Of a stretch of DNA of 64,000 nt, positions 51,412-61,464 are shown one piece after another. The notes beneath the pieces are model-generated. The model saw nothing but the letters and a program-made list of their open reading frames with translations. It was not told where the DNA came from and ran no database searches. The stretch is from Alphaproteobacteria bacterium (GTDB taxonomy: Bacteria > Pseudomonadota > Alphaproteobacteria > Rickettsiales > UBA3002), in contig JBBCHK010000009.1 in NCBI GenBank assembly GCA_037200745.1, positions 56,304-120,303 on the forward strand. Direction: 5' to 3'. The number at the start of each line of letters is the position of its first letter. Positions within the stretch are counted from its first letter, which is position 1. A program made the position numbers and the translations under genes.

Positions 51412-52044
51412 TCAATACCCGCCGGCGCGCTTGCCGAACAGCCGTTTCATGAACGAGGACAGACTGTGTCGCCGCCGCTCGTGGGCGACGACGGCGTCGC
51501 TGGTGACGTAGTTGAGCTGGATGACGCGGCGCTCGCCCTCGAACGGCTCGTGGCCGTGCCAGGCGTTCGGCACGTTGCGGAAGACGAGCAGGGTGCCGGT
51601 GTCGGGCGCGACCTCGTCGAACGCGTCGGCGAGGTCGGGCGAGCGCAGCAGGCGCAGCCGGCCGCCGGGCGCTTCCCAGGCGTTGTTCATGTAGAGCAGG
51701 AGGGTCATGACCTTGCTGTCGCTGTCGGTGTGGACGCGGCCGTCGGCCTTGCGGGCGCGGCCGCGCACGGTGGTCATCGGCGGGCGCTGCGAGAGGTCGA
51801 TGGCGAATTTCTCGGCGACGATGTTGCGCAGGGCAGGGCTTTCGAGCTCCTCCATCGCCCCGGCGAAGCGGGGGCCGTATTTCAGCGTATGCAGCGGGAA
51901 GCTGCCGGGATGGCCGATCGCCGGGTAGTCCGCGTTGATGCCGGCGAGCGCCTCGTCGCGGATGAATTGCGGGACGATGACATAGGAGAACGGCTCGGTG
52001 CGCAATGGCGTGGCGCGCAGCTTTTCGTAGTCGAAGACGCTCAT
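51412..52044 (-). CDS. 2OG-Fe(II) oxygenase
   Basis: VHTD (HxD), GGRLRL, AWHG, R..IQLN. Confidence 0.85.
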   Translation of the reverse strand: MSVFDYEKLRATPLRTEPFSYVIVPQFIRDEALAGINADYPAIGHPGSFPLHTLKYGPRFAGAMEELESPALRNIVAEKFAIDLSQRPPMTTVRGRARKADGRVHTDSDSKVMTLLLYMNNAWEAPGGRLRLLRSPDLADAFDEVAPDTGTLLVFRNVPNAWHGHEPFEGERRVIQLNYVTSDAVVAHERRRHSLSSFMKRLFGKRAGGY

Positions 52045-52101
52045 AATTCCTCCGGCGCTGTTCTAGCCAACCGCAGCGGCCGAGACAATGTTTAAACGAT
52101 T

Positions 52102-52189
52102 GTCATCCCTGCGAAAGCAGGGGTCCATGCCTGCGCATTACGGTCAGCTTTCGTATGCCGCCCTGGATTCCCGCTTTCGCGGGAATGAC
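52102..52189. repeat. Family A palindromic element
   Basis: GTCATCCCTGCGAAAGCAGGG...CTGGATTCCCGCTTTCGCGGGAATGAC. Confidence 0.85.
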
Positions 52190-52209
52190 GGATTCGCTAC
52201 ATAGGGCCC

Positions 52210-53343
52210 ATGCCACCTGTCCGCCAGCCCCTGTTGCCCGGCGATCCTGCGCCGGATTTTCGTGCGCGCTCCAGCGCGTCGGAGACGCTGTTCAGCTTCA
52301 ATACCGTCGCCGGGCGCTATATCGTGCTCGGCTTCTTCGGCTCGACGGCGATCGAGAAGAACGCGGCCATCCTGCGTTACGCGCTCACGGAGCTGCGGCC
52401 GATGTTCGACGACGAGAAGCTCTCCTATTTCGGCGTCAGCGTCGACCCGGCGGATGAAAAACGGCTTCAGCAATCCATTCCCGGCGTGCGCTTCTTCTGG
52501 GACACCGACCGCGAGGTCAGCCGCGCCTACGGCCTGCTCGGCGAGGAAGCGGGCGGCAAGGACTTCACCTATACGTCCTGCACGCTGGTGCTCGACCCGT
52601 TCATGCGCGTGCTCGCCGTCATCTCGATGGCGGACGCGGCGGCGCACAACGCGGCGCTCAAGGAAACGCTGGAGGGCCTGCCCGCCATCGACGACCATGC
52701 GGGCGTGGAGCTCAGCGCGCCGGTGCTGGTGCTGCCGCGCGTGTTCGAGCCGGGATTCTGCCGCGAGCTGATCGGGCTCTACAACCAGCATGGCGGCATC
52801 GAGTCGGGCTTCATGCGCGAGCGCGACGGCCAGACCGTCGGCGTCCTCGACACCGCGTTCAAGCGCCGCAAGGACTTCAGCTTCGACACCGGCGAGGAGT
52901 TCGAGAAGCTGCGCAGCAACGTGCGCGCGCGGCTCAAGCGGCGGCTGATCCCCGCCATCCTGAAAGCCTTCCAGTTCGAGGTGACGCGCATCGAGCGCTA
53001 CACGGTCGCCTGCTACAACGGCGAATCCGGCGGGTTCTTCCGCCCCCACCGCGACAACACGACCAGAGGCACCGCGCACCGCCGCTTCGCCTGCACGCTC
53101 AACCTGAATGCCGAGGAATACGAAGGCGGCAACCTCCGCTTCCCCGAATTCGGGACGAAGACCTACCGCGCGCCGACCGGCGGCGCCGTGGTTTTTTCCT
53201 GCTCGCTGCTGCACGAGGCGACGCCGGTGACCAACGGCCTGCGCTACGCTTTCCTGCCGTTCCTCTACGACGACGCGGCCGCCAAGATCCGCGACGAGAA
53301 CCGGCAGTTCGTCAAACAGGGCTTCACCAAGATCGAGCATTGA
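52210..53343 (+). CDS. Redoxin-fold + 2OG-Fe(II) oxygenase fusion protein
   Basis: PGDPAPDF...GVSVD thioredoxin-like N-terminus; FRPHRDN, EGGNLRF, LHEATPV..G.R C-terminus. Confidence 0.85.
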   Translation: MPPVRQPLLPGDPAPDFRARSSASETLFSFNTVAGRYIVLGFFGSTAIEKNAAILRYALTELRPMFDDEKLSYFGVSVDPADEKRLQQSIPGVRFFWDTDREVSRAYGLLGEEAGGKDFTYTSCTLVLDPFMRVLAVISMADAAAHNAALKETLEGLPAIDDHAGVELSAPVLVLPRVFEPGFCRELIGLYNQHGGIESGFMRERDGQTVGVLDTAFKRRKDFSFDTGEEFEKLRSNVRARLKRRLIPAILKAFQFEVTRIERYTVACYNGESGGFFRPHRDNTTRGTAHRRFACTLNLNAEEYEGGNLRFPEFGTKTYRAPTGGAVVFSCSLLHEATPVTNGLRYAFLPFLYDDAAAKIRDENRQFVKQGFTKIEH

Positions 53344-53389
53344 GAAACCCGCCGTTGCCATCGCCCGCACGGGGGATTACAAAAAATCC

Positions 53390-55225
53390 ATGCCGCCGTT
53401 CATCGATCGCATGTTCATCACTCCCGCCACGGTCTTCGTGCGCGACGCGGCGGCGCTGTGGCTGGAGCAGCCGCAGACGCTGCGCCGCATCCTGCGCGAA
53501 AGCCCGCCGGCGCAGATCGTACTGTGCGCGGGCCTCGGCGTCGCGGTCGGCTTCGTCACGGTGCTGGTCCACTGGGCGATGCTCGGCGCGCACCGGCTGA
53601 CCTTCCATCTCGGCCACCAGCAGCATCTGAGCTCGGCGCATGACCTCAGCTCCATGCGCGTGCTACTGGTGCCGACGCTGGGCGGCGCGTTCCTCGGGCT
53701 GGTGACGCTGCTCATCCGCCTGTGGCGGCCGCGCGAGATCGTCGACCCGATCGAGGCCAATGCCATCTACGGTGGCCGCATGTCGCTGATCGACTCGACG
53801 CGGCTGCTGTTCGCCGCCCTGCTGTCCAACGCCGCCGGCGCCTCGATGGGGATGGAGGCCGGCTTCTCGCAGATCGGCTCGGGCATCATGTCGTGGGTCG
53901 GCCAGCGGCTGCAGTTCCGCCGCGAGGATTTGCGCATCTTCGTCGCCGCCGGCTCCGCCGCCGCCATCGCCGCCGCCTTCAACGCCCCGCTCGCCGGCGC
54001 CTTCTACGGCTTCGAGCTGGTCTTGAGCACCTACACCGTCGTCGCCCTGCCGCAGGTCGCCGTCGCCGCGCTGGCGAGCGTGCTGACCATGCGCACCTTC
54101 ACCCACGGCGAGATGCTGTTCACCCTGCCGCTCGATTTCACCTCGATCCCGCCGTGGAACTACCCGTTCTTCGTCATCCTCGGCATCGGCTCGGCGGGGA
54201 TCGGCATCGGCACGATGAAGCTGGTGGCGCGCTGCGAGCAGATATCGCAGAAACTGCCGCTGCCGGAGTGGCTGCACCCGGCGGTGGGCGGGCTCATCCT
54301 CTCGCTGATCGCGGTGATGTTCCCGCAGGTGCTCGGCAGCGGGCAGGGGGCGATCGACGACCATCTGCACAACCACTGGCCGCTGCTGATGCTGGTGGCG
54401 CTGATGGTGGCGAAGATCGTCGCCTCGGCGGTATCGGTCGGCGCGGGCTTCCGCGGGGGGCTGTTCAGCTCGTCGCTGCTGATCGGCTGCCTGTTCGGGC
54501 AGATCATGGGGATGGTCGCCGGCATCGTCATGCCGCAGACGCAGCAGGAGAGCTTCATGCTGGTCGGCATGGGCGCAGTGGGCGCCTCGATCATCGGCGC
54601 GCCGGTGACGATGGTGCTGCTCATCCTCGAGATGACCGGCAACTTCCCGGCGACGACGGCGGTGCTGCTCGGCGTGCTGATCGCCTCGGCGCTGACGCGC
54701 TACATGTTCGGCTACTCGTTCTCCACGTGGCGCTTCCATTTGCGCGGGCTGCGCATCTCCGGCGCGCACGATATCGGCTGGATCCGCGACATCACCGTGC
54801 GCAAGCTGATGCAGGAGGGCGGCCACCTCGTCGAGGCGGCGACGCCGCTGGTCGAGCTGCGCCTCGCCGTGCCGGCGGATTCGACGCGGCGCATCTTCGT
54901 CATCGACGAGGACCAGCGCTACCAGGGCGTCATCGACGTCGCCCAATTGCACAGCGCCGACCTCGACAAGGACGTCGGCGGCATGACGGCGCTCAACCTC
55001 GCCAAGGCGCGCGACGCCTACCTGCTGCCGGTGCAGAACATCCAGCAGGCGCTCGAGCGCTTCGCCGCCTACGAGCAGGAGGTGCTGCCGGTGCTCGCCT
55101 CCGACGTCGATACGAAAGTGCTCGGCTATGTCAGCGAGGCCTACGCGCTGCGCCGCTACGCGCATGAGCTCGAATCGCGCAACGTCGCGCTCAGCAACGC
55201 CGGCTCGCCGGTCAGCGAGGGCTAG
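53390..55225 (+). CDS. ClC chloride channel family protein with CBS domains
   Basis: G.EAG, AAAFNAPLAG, GFRGGLF, LEMTG; C-terminal CBS pair. Confidence 0.92.
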   Translation: MPPFIDRMFITPATVFVRDAAALWLEQPQTLRRILRESPPAQIVLCAGLGVAVGFVTVLVHWAMLGAHRLTFHLGHQQHLSSAHDLSSMRVLLVPTLGGAFLGLVTLLIRLWRPREIVDPIEANAIYGGRMSLIDSTRLLFAALLSNAAGASMGMEAGFSQIGSGIMSWVGQRLQFRREDLRIFVAAGSAAAIAAAFNAPLAGAFYGFELVLSTYTVVALPQVAVAALASVLTMRTFTHGEMLFTLPLDFTSIPPWNYPFFVILGIGSAGIGIGTMKLVARCEQISQKLPLPEWLHPAVGGLILSLIAVMFPQVLGSGQGAIDDHLHNHWPLLMLVALMVAKIVASAVSVGAGFRGGLFSSSLLIGCLFGQIMGMVAGIVMPQTQQESFMLVGMGAVGASIIGAPVTMVLLILEMTGNFPATTAVLLGVLIASALTRYMFGYSFSTWRFHLRGLRISGAHDIGWIRDITVRKLMQEGGHLVEAATPLVELRLAVPADSTRRIFVIDEDQRYQGVIDVAQLHSADLDKDVGGMTALNLAKARDAYLLPVQNIQQALERFAAYEQEVLPVLASDVDTKVLGYVSEAYALRRYAHELESRNVALSNAGSPVSEG

Positions 55226-55755
55226 GAGTTCACCTCGTCCGCCAGCGCCTGCCAGACGTCCTGCCGCCAGTATTTGCGGCCGTGGCCGGAGGGCGAGGAC
55301 AGCACGTAGATGCGCGTCCTGCCGATGCGCTCGGGCTGGAAGCCGTAGGCGATGTCGCCGGTCGCCTTCCCCAAAAATGACGCCGCGCCGGTCTTGCTGG
55401 TGAAGGCGAGGATGCGCGGCCGGGTGCGCGCGATCTTTTCGCGCAGCGCGGCGATGTCGAATGCATCCGCCGGCAAATCCGCGTCGTTGCCGAAGGCGTG
55501 CTTGCACAGATCGGTGAGGCCGATGCCGAGCTTGAGCACCCCGGCATATTCCTGCGGCGCGAAACGGCGCGGCGTCAGCCCGGTCTCGTGCAGCGCGCGC
55601 CAGAAGAGGTTGCCGGGGTTGGCGTAATAGGCCTTCGCCAGCGCTGAGCGGTGGCCGAGCGCGGTGCCGCAGAAGACGACCTTCAAATCCGGCGCCAGCA
55701 CGTCCGGCACGCGATGCGTGTCGGGAAGCAGGCCGGATTTCGGGAGCGCGGTCAT
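55222..55755 (-). CDS. mug: Mismatch-specific DNA glycosylase (UDG family 2)
   Basis: VPDVLAPDLKVVFCG, YYANPGNLFW, GIGLTDL, LSSPSG. Confidence 0.85.
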   Translation of the reverse strand: MTALPKSGLLPDTHRVPDVLAPDLKVVFCGTALGHRSALAKAYYANPGNLFWRALHETGLTPRRFAPQEYAGVLKLGIGLTDLCKHAFGNDADLPADAFDIAALREKIARTRPRILAFTSKTGAASFLGKATGDIAYGFQPERIGRTRIYVLSSPSGHGRKYWRQDVWQALADEVNS

Positions 55756-55787
55756 GGTCTTTATATAAGAGCGCCGCGCGCGCGACG

Positions 55788-56840
55788 CTAGACGTTCTGC
55801 GCGTGCGCGGCGGGCGTGTCGATGCGCTGGGCGGCCTGCACCGAGCTGACCGAGGTCTGCGGCCGCTCGTCGCGCTTCGCTTCGGGCGGCGGCAGGGCGG
55901 CGACGGCGGTGGGCAACGGCGCGATCGCCGGTTCCGGGTCGGGATGGTGCTTCAGCAGGCGGTTTTCCTTGTAGGACATGAAGGGCAGCTTGCCGATCAG
56001 GCGCACGAACGGATGGATCGTCGTCGAGGTGACGAGCGTGTACATGACGTCGAGCGCGGTGTAGTGCATCCAGCCTTCGAGCGCGCTGTTGAGCTTTTCG
56101 TGGCCGGCGACTTCGTGCGCCCAGTCGACGCCCATGCGGTCGAACGCCTTGTCGACCTTCTGGTTGATGCCCGGCGCCGCCCTGCCCATGGCGCTGCCGA
56201 TATTGCGGCCGACGCGCACCGCCATCGCATCGACGCCCTGGAACTCGCCGATGGCGGAATTGTTCCTGCCGAAGCGGCGCACGAGGTTGTCCGGCGCGCC
56301 GATCGCCCAGCTGGTCGCCACCGACGCGGTCATCGAGCCGATGCGCGCCAGCACCGCGCCGAGGAGGGTCGGCTTGTGCTCCTCGTGGATGAGCCGGTGG
56401 CGCTCGACGATGCGCGGGTCGTCCTCGGCGTCGGCGCCGTAATGGTGGCGGTCGATCGCCTCGACGATGGGCGCCTTGTATTTCGCGCCGAAATAGGCCG
56501 AGGGCAGGATCGTCAGCGTGCCGGGCAGGTTGATGCTCAGCGCATCCGCCATGATGTTGGCGACCTTCTCCGGGTTGGCGAACATCTTCACGAAGGGCAG
56601 CTTCTGGAACTGCGCGCGCACATACTGGTGGTATTCGCTGGGCAGCTTGCCCTTGAAGAAGGCCTGCGGCAGCGGGCGGATGCTGTGCTTCACCCAGAAG
56701 ACGAACAGGCCGGAGATCGCCAGCGTCGCCCCGAAATTGATGGCGATGTTGAACAGGTAGTGATGCAGCTTCTCGCCGAAGGTCGGCTCGACCTGCAGCT
56801 TAGGCGGCTGTTTTTCTGGCTGTTGTCCTGTTTCCGTCAT
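55788..56840 (-). CDS. Hypothetical membrane protein
   Basis: Long ORF with hydrophobic segments and Pro-rich C-terminal tail; start uncertain. Confidence 0.7.
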   Translation of the reverse strand: MTETGQQPEKQPPKLQVEPTFGEKLHHYLFNIAINFGATLAISGLFVFWVKHSIRPLPQAFFKGKLPSEYHQYVRAQFQKLPFVKMFANPEKVANIMADALSINLPGTLTILPSAYFGAKYKAPIVEAIDRHHYGADAEDDPRIVERHRLIHEEHKPTLLGAVLARIGSMTASVATSWAIGAPDNLVRRFGRNNSAIGEFQGVDAMAVRVGRNIGSAMGRAAPGINQKVDKAFDRMGVDWAHEVAGHEKLNSALEGWMHYTALDVMYTLVTSTTIHPFVRLIGKLPFMSYKENRLLKHHPDPEPAIAPLPTAVAALPPPEAKRDERPQTSVSSVQAAQRIDTPAAHAQNV

Positions 56841-57037
56841 CGGTCCCAAATGATCCAGCGCGGGCATATTCTCCCACGCTCCAAATCTATCACGGGGCAG
56901 GGCAACCGATTGTGAAGCTTTGGTGACAAAAACAGCCGTTATCCTACGGGTTTGTCCTGTAAAAACCCGTCCTGCCGTCACAAAAACTTCACAGTAATCC
57001 TTTAGGTCGCGCGCATGTATTCCGCTATTCTGGACGC

Positions 57038-58348
57038 ATGAGCATCTATCGTTTTCCAGACGCATCCGACGTCGCGGAGGTCCGTTTCCGCTATGCGAAC
57101 GACCGGCTTCCCGAAGCGCTGATCGCGGCGCGCCCGGGCGCCGATGCCGGCCACCTGGCCGCCGTGCGGCACGCGCTGGAGCTTACCGGCTGGCAATGCA
57201 TCCCCGCCTGGGCCGACGGGCGCGAAGTGCTGCAGGTGACGGGCTTCAAGGAAGCCGGCGAGCTGGGCGGGCTGCTGCTCAGCCACCGGTTCGTGCGCGG
57301 CATCCCGCAGGTGACGGAAGAGCCGGGCGACCACCCCACGCGCGGCATCCGCGACTGGCTGCAGCACACCAGCCTGCGCGCCGCCGGCTGGCTGAACCTC
57401 ATCGGCGACACGGGGCTGCTGGTCTCCGGCCTGCGCAGCGGCAACCCGGACCATGTCAGCGCCGGCGCGCTGTACACGGCAGGCGCGGCGGTCGCCGCAC
57501 TGTACGGCAACGTCAAGACCGAACGCCAGGTGCACGAGCTGCTCAAGCACACCGGCATGTTCCTCCAGCAGCAGGCGGTCGCGCTTCCCGAGGATTCGGG
57601 CCTCTACGACGTCACCCACAACAAGCGCGACAGCGCGCTGCACGAGACGCAGAATTTCCTCTACCGCTACCCGGCGGAAATGATGCTTGGCCTCTACACG
57701 ATGGGCGCCTTCACCATGCTGCAGGCGGGCCTGCACACCCGCGACGCGCAGGGCAGGCGCAACCCGTGGAAGATCGCCTACGGCGGCAACTCGGTGACGC
57801 TCAAGGCCACCTCGCTGCTCATTCCCGAGAAGCACAAGAGCGAGGACGAGAAAAAAGAGGCGCGCTACCACACGCCGGTGGGCAAGGTCATCAGCTGGAT
57901 CGAGGAAAAGCCGATGCGGCTGTTCGGCTTCGGCTCCTTCCTCAGCGATTCGTTCCTCGGGATGGCGGCGTACCGCGACCACCAGAACCACCCGGACAAA
58001 AAACACGACATCTTCATGTGGATCACCACCGGCACCTATCTCATCGCCGACGCGCTGGCCGCGATCTCGAGCAAGGACCCGGCGAACGCCGACGGCAAAT
58101 TCAGCGCCGACGAGCAGCGCCGCATCGAGGCCATGTCGGCCGAGACCATCGCCCGCCAGCCGGAATCCATGCAGGCGCCCCTCATCAACCAGCTGGCGAG
58201 CTTCCTCTCCCTGCAGCCCGAGATGCGCGGCAACGCCGATAAGATCAGCCGCTCCCTCACCGAGCAGCTCGTCCACATCCAGCAGAACCCGTGGGCGCAA
58301 CGGGTTGCCGCCGCGCCGGCCCAGCCGGAACAGGCCCTCCGCACATAA
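57038..58348 (+). CDS. Hypothetical multi-TM protein
   Basis: 436-aa ORF, typical codon usage, several hydrophobic helices. Confidence 0.75.
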   Translation: MSIYRFPDASDVAEVRFRYANDRLPEALIAARPGADAGHLAAVRHALELTGWQCIPAWADGREVLQVTGFKEAGELGGLLLSHRFVRGIPQVTEEPGDHPTRGIRDWLQHTSLRAAGWLNLIGDTGLLVSGLRSGNPDHVSAGALYTAGAAVAALYGNVKTERQVHELLKHTGMFLQQQAVALPEDSGLYDVTHNKRDSALHETQNFLYRYPAEMMLGLYTMGAFTMLQAGLHTRDAQGRRNPWKIAYGGNSVTLKATSLLIPEKHKSEDEKKEARYHTPVGKVISWIEEKPMRLFGFGSFLSDSFLGMAAYRDHQNHPDKKHDIFMWITTGTYLIADALAAISSKDPANADGKFSADEQRRIEAMSAETIARQPESMQAPLINQLASFLSLQPEMRGNADKISRSLTEQLVHIQQNPWAQRVAAAPAQPEQALRT

Positions 58349-58377
58349 AAAAAGGGCAGCTTGCGCTGCCCTTTTTC
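58347..58377. terminator. Bidirectional rho-independent terminator
   Basis: AAAAAAAGGGCAGC-TTGC-GCTGCCCTTTTT between convergent genes. Confidence 0.88.
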
Positions 58378-58399
58378 GTTTTGTGGTGAGTGGAGGCGA

Positions 58400-60049
58400 C
58401 TAGAAATCCATGTCGCCCATGCCACCCATTCCGCCCATGCCACCGCCGCCGGAAGAGGCTTTCTTGTCCTCCGGCTCGTCGGCGACGAGGGCTTCGGTGG
58501 TGATCATCAGGCCGGCGACGGAAGCGGCGTCCTGCAGGGCAGTGCGCACCACTTTCGTCGGGTCGATGATGCCCGCCTTGATCATGTCGGTGTATTCGAG
58601 GCCCTGGGCGTCGAAGCCGAAGTTGGTGTCGTCCGACTCGAGCAGCTTGCCGGCGACGACGGCACCGTCGAGGCCCGCGTTCTCGACGATCTGGCGGATC
58701 GGCGACTGCAGCGCGCGCTTGATGATGTTGATGCCGGCGCGCTCGTCGTCGTTGCCCGCCTTGACCTTGTCGAGGGCCCGGCTCGCGTAGAGCAGCGTGA
58801 CGCCGCCGCCCGGGACGATGCCTTCTTCGACGGCCGCGCGGGTCGCGTGCAGCGCGTCGTCGACGCGGTCCTTGCGCTCTTTCACTTCGACCTCGGAAGC
58901 GCCGCCGACCTTCAGCACGGCCACGCCGCCGGAAAGTTTCGCCAGCCGCTCCTGCAGCTTCTCTTTATCGTAGTCCGAGGTGGTCTCCTCGATCTGCGCC
59001 TCGATCTGCTTGATGCGCGCCTCGATCTTTTTCTTGTCGCCCGCACCGTCGACGATGGTGGTGTCGTCCTTGGTGATGGTGACGCGCTTGGCCTTGCCGA
59101 GCATCGAGAGGTTCACTTTCTCGAGCTGGATGCCGAGGTCCTCGCTGATGAGCTCGCCCTGCGTCAGCACGGCGATGTCTTCCAGCATCGACTTGCGGCG
59201 ATCGCCGAAGCCCGGGGCCTTCACCGCCGCGACCTTCAGGCCGCCGCGCAGCTTGTTGACGACCAGCGTCGCCAGCGCTTCGCCTTCGACGTCCTCGGCG
59301 ATGATGAGCAGCGGGCGCTGCGATTGCACGACCGCTTCCAGCACGGGAAGCAGCGGCTGCAGGCCGGAGAGTTTTTTCTCGAAGATGAGGATGAGCGGGT
59401 TGTCCAGCTCGACCGTCATTTTCTCGGCGTTGGTGATGAAGTAGGGGCTGAGGTAGCCACGGTCGAAGTTCATGCCTTCGACGACGTCGAGCTCGAATTC
59501 GAAGCCCTTGGCTTCCTCGACGGTGATGACGCCCTTCTTGCCGACTTTCTCCATGGCCTCGGCGATCTTGCCGCCGATCTCCTTGTCGCCGTTGGCCGAG
59601 ATGGTGCCGACCTGGGCGATCTCTTCCTGCGACTTGATGTCCTTCGACTTCGCCTTCACCGAGGCGACGACGGCTTCGACCGCCTTGTCGATGCCGCGCT
59701 TGAGGTCCATCGGGTTCAGCCCGGCGGCGACCGCCTTGCTGCCTTCGGAGAAGATCGCGTAGGCGAGCACGGTCGAGGTGGTGGTGCCGTCGCCCGCGAG
59801 GTCGTTGGTGCGGCTGGCCACTTCGCGCAGCAGCTGGGCGCCCATGTTCTGGAACTTGTTGGAGAGGGTGATCTCCTTCGCCACGGTCACGCCGTCCTTG
59901 GTCGTGCGCGGGGCGCCGAAGCTTTTCTCGATGACGACGTTGCGGCCTTTGGGCCCCAGCGTGACTTTCACCGCGTTGTTGAGCTTGCTCGCGCCGATCA
60001 GCAGCTGGTCGCGGGCGTTGGTACTGTAGATAAGGTCTTTAGCAGCCAT
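58400..60049 (-). CDS. groL: Chaperonin GroEL
   Basis: [20 protein letters not shown]-terminal repeats. Confidence 0.99.
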   Translation of the reverse strand: MAAKDLIYSTNARDQLLIGASKLNNAVKVTLGPKGRNVVIEKSFGAPRTTKDGVTVAKEITLSNKFQNMGAQLLREVASRTNDLAGDGTTTSTVLAYAIFSEGSKAVAAGLNPMDLKRGIDKAVEAVVASVKAKSKDIKSQEEIAQVGTISANGDKEIGGKIAEAMEKVGKKGVITVEEAKGFEFELDVVEGMNFDRGYLSPYFITNAEKMTVELDNPLILIFEKKLSGLQPLLPVLEAVVQSQRPLLIIAEDVEGEALATLVVNKLRGGLKVAAVKAPGFGDRRKSMLEDIAVLTQGELISEDLGIQLEKVNLSMLGKAKRVTITKDDTTIVDGAGDKKKIEARIKQIEAQIEETTSDYDKEKLQERLAKLSGGVAVLKVGGASEVEVKERKDRVDDALHATRAAVEEGIVPGGGVTLLYASRALDKVKAGNDDERAGINIIKRALQSPIRQIVENAGLDGAVVAGKLLESDDTNFGFDAQGLEYTDMIKAGIIDPTKVVRTALQDAASVAGLMITTEALVADEPEDKKASSGGGGMGGMGGMGDMDF

Positions 60050-60138
60050 GATAGTCTCCGTTGTTACGAGTCTACGAAATCACGAATCTACGATAAATTT
60101 CTTCGTGGATTCGTTTTCTCGTGGTTTCGTGGTTTCGA

Positions 60139-60456
60139 TTAAGCGGCTTTCTTGCCGCTGGATTTTTTCTCGACGACGCCGATGATGTCGCTCTCCTTGA
60201 GGACGAGGAGCTCCTCGCCGTCGAGCTTCACTTCGGTGCCGCCCCATTTCGAGAACAGGACGATGTCGCCGACTTTCACGTCCATCGGGATCAGCTTGCC
60301 GGCTTCGTCGCGCCCGCCGGGGCCGACGGCGACGACTTCGCCCTGGATGGGTTTTTCTTTCACGGTGTCCGGGATGATGATCCCGCCGCTGGATTTTTCT
60401 TCGGCATCGACGCGGCGTGCGATCACGCGGTCATGCAGGGGTCGGATGGTGGTCAT
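60139..60456 (-). CDS. groS: Co-chaperonin GroES
   Basis: [28 protein letters not shown]. Confidence 0.98.
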   Translation of the reverse strand: MTTIRPLHDRVIARRVDAEEKSSGGIIIPDTVKEKPIQGEVVAVGPGGRDEAGKLIPMDVKVGDIVLFSKWGGTEVKLDGEELLVLKESDIIGVVEKKSSGKKAA

Positions 60457-60558
60457 AGATTTACTCTCCAGATGTCGATTTACGTGGTCCGTCCGGTGCC
60501 GGCGCGGAAGGCAGGAAACACCAGCATTTCCGCAGGCCGGAGCCGAATGCGAGTGCGC

Positions 60559-60587
60559 ATATAAGCGTAGCCGGATAGGCTGTCAAG
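60559..60587 (-). promoter_or_regulatory. RpoH (sigma32)-type promoter of groESL
   Basis: Minus strand CTTG-N18-CTTATAT resembles the alphaproteobacterial RpoH consensus. Confidence 0.65.
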
Positions 60588-60650
60588 CATCCCCTCTATA
60601 AATCGGCGGGAAGTTACCGCGAAGAGGGAAAGGCTTTCCGCTTCCAAATC

Positions 60651-60738
60651 GTCATTGCGAGGAGCGAAGCGACGTGGCAATCCAGTCCTTGCCATCCGCT
60701 CCTGGATTGCCACGCTCCCGCTGGTCGCTCGCAATGAC
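60651..60738. repeat. Family B palindromic element
   Basis: GTCATTGCGAGGAGCGAAGCGACGTGGCAATCC...CTCGCAATGAC. Confidence 0.85.
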
Positions 60739-61378
60739 AGATAGTTTCACCCCGCCGCCGCGCGATTGTCCGCTTTGCCCGCGCCTCGTCGCCTTCCGCG
60801 AGGCGAACCGGCATAAATTCCCCAAGTTTTACAACGGCGCGGTGCCGAGCTTCGGCCCGCTCGACGCGGAGTTCCTCATCGTCGGCCTCGCCCCGGGCCT
60901 CAAGGGCGCCAACGCCACCGGACGGCCGTTCACCGGGGATTATGCCGGGATCGTCCTCTACGAATCGCTGGCCAAGCACGGCTTCGCGCGCGGCACCTAT
61001 CAGGCGCGGCCGGACGACGGGTTCGAGCTTCTGAACGTGCGCATCACCAACGCCGTGCGCTGCGTCCCGCCGGAGAACAGGCCGACGCCGCAGGAGGCGA
61101 AGACCTGCAACCGGTTCCTTGTTTCCGAAATGGCGGCGATGCCCCGCCTGAAACTGATATTGTCGCTCGGATTGACCTCGCACCAATCGGTCGTCCGCAC
61201 GCTCAAATTGCCGCTCAAGGACCATAAATTCGGCCACGGCGCGCTCTATGAGATCCGCGCCGGCCTGCGGTTGCTGAGCAGCTACCATACCTCGCGCTAC
61301 AACGTGCAGACCGGCCGGCTGACGCAGGCGATGTTCGACACGATCGTCGCCACGGCCGCGACGCTGCTCAAACGTTAA
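60734..61378 (+). CDS. Uracil-DNA glycosylase family 5 (UdgB-like)
   Basis: CPLCPRL Fe-S motif, GLAPGLKGANATGRPFTGD, RCVPPENRP, SYHTSRYN. Confidence 0.9.
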   Translation: MTDSFTPPPRDCPLCPRLVAFREANRHKFPKFYNGAVPSFGPLDAEFLIVGLAPGLKGANATGRPFTGDYAGIVLYESLAKHGFARGTYQARPDDGFELLNVRITNAVRCVPPENRPTPQEAKTCNRFLVSEMAAMPRLKLILSLGLTSHQSVVRTLKLPLKDHKFGHGALYEIRAGLRLLSSYHTSRYNVQTGRLTQAMFDTIVATAATLLKR

Positions 61379-61413
61379 GATTGGCTACAATAAAACTTAA
61401 TATGCTCAGGCCG

Positions 61414-61429
61414 TTAAATCATTTTTAAC
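61414..61429. promoter_or_regulatory. CtrA-type binding site
   Basis: TTAA-ATCATTT-TTAAC matches TTAA-N7-TTAAC, 35 bp upstream of ORF 61465. Confidence 0.7.
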
Positions 61430-61464
61430 CGGTGGGGTGCTAGCGTGGTCCGAACAGGCAGGCC

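Noticed and set aside
60530..60560. CIRCE element upstream of groES
   Set aside because: Only a left-arm-like GCACTC is present; no GAGTGC arm at 9-nt spacing
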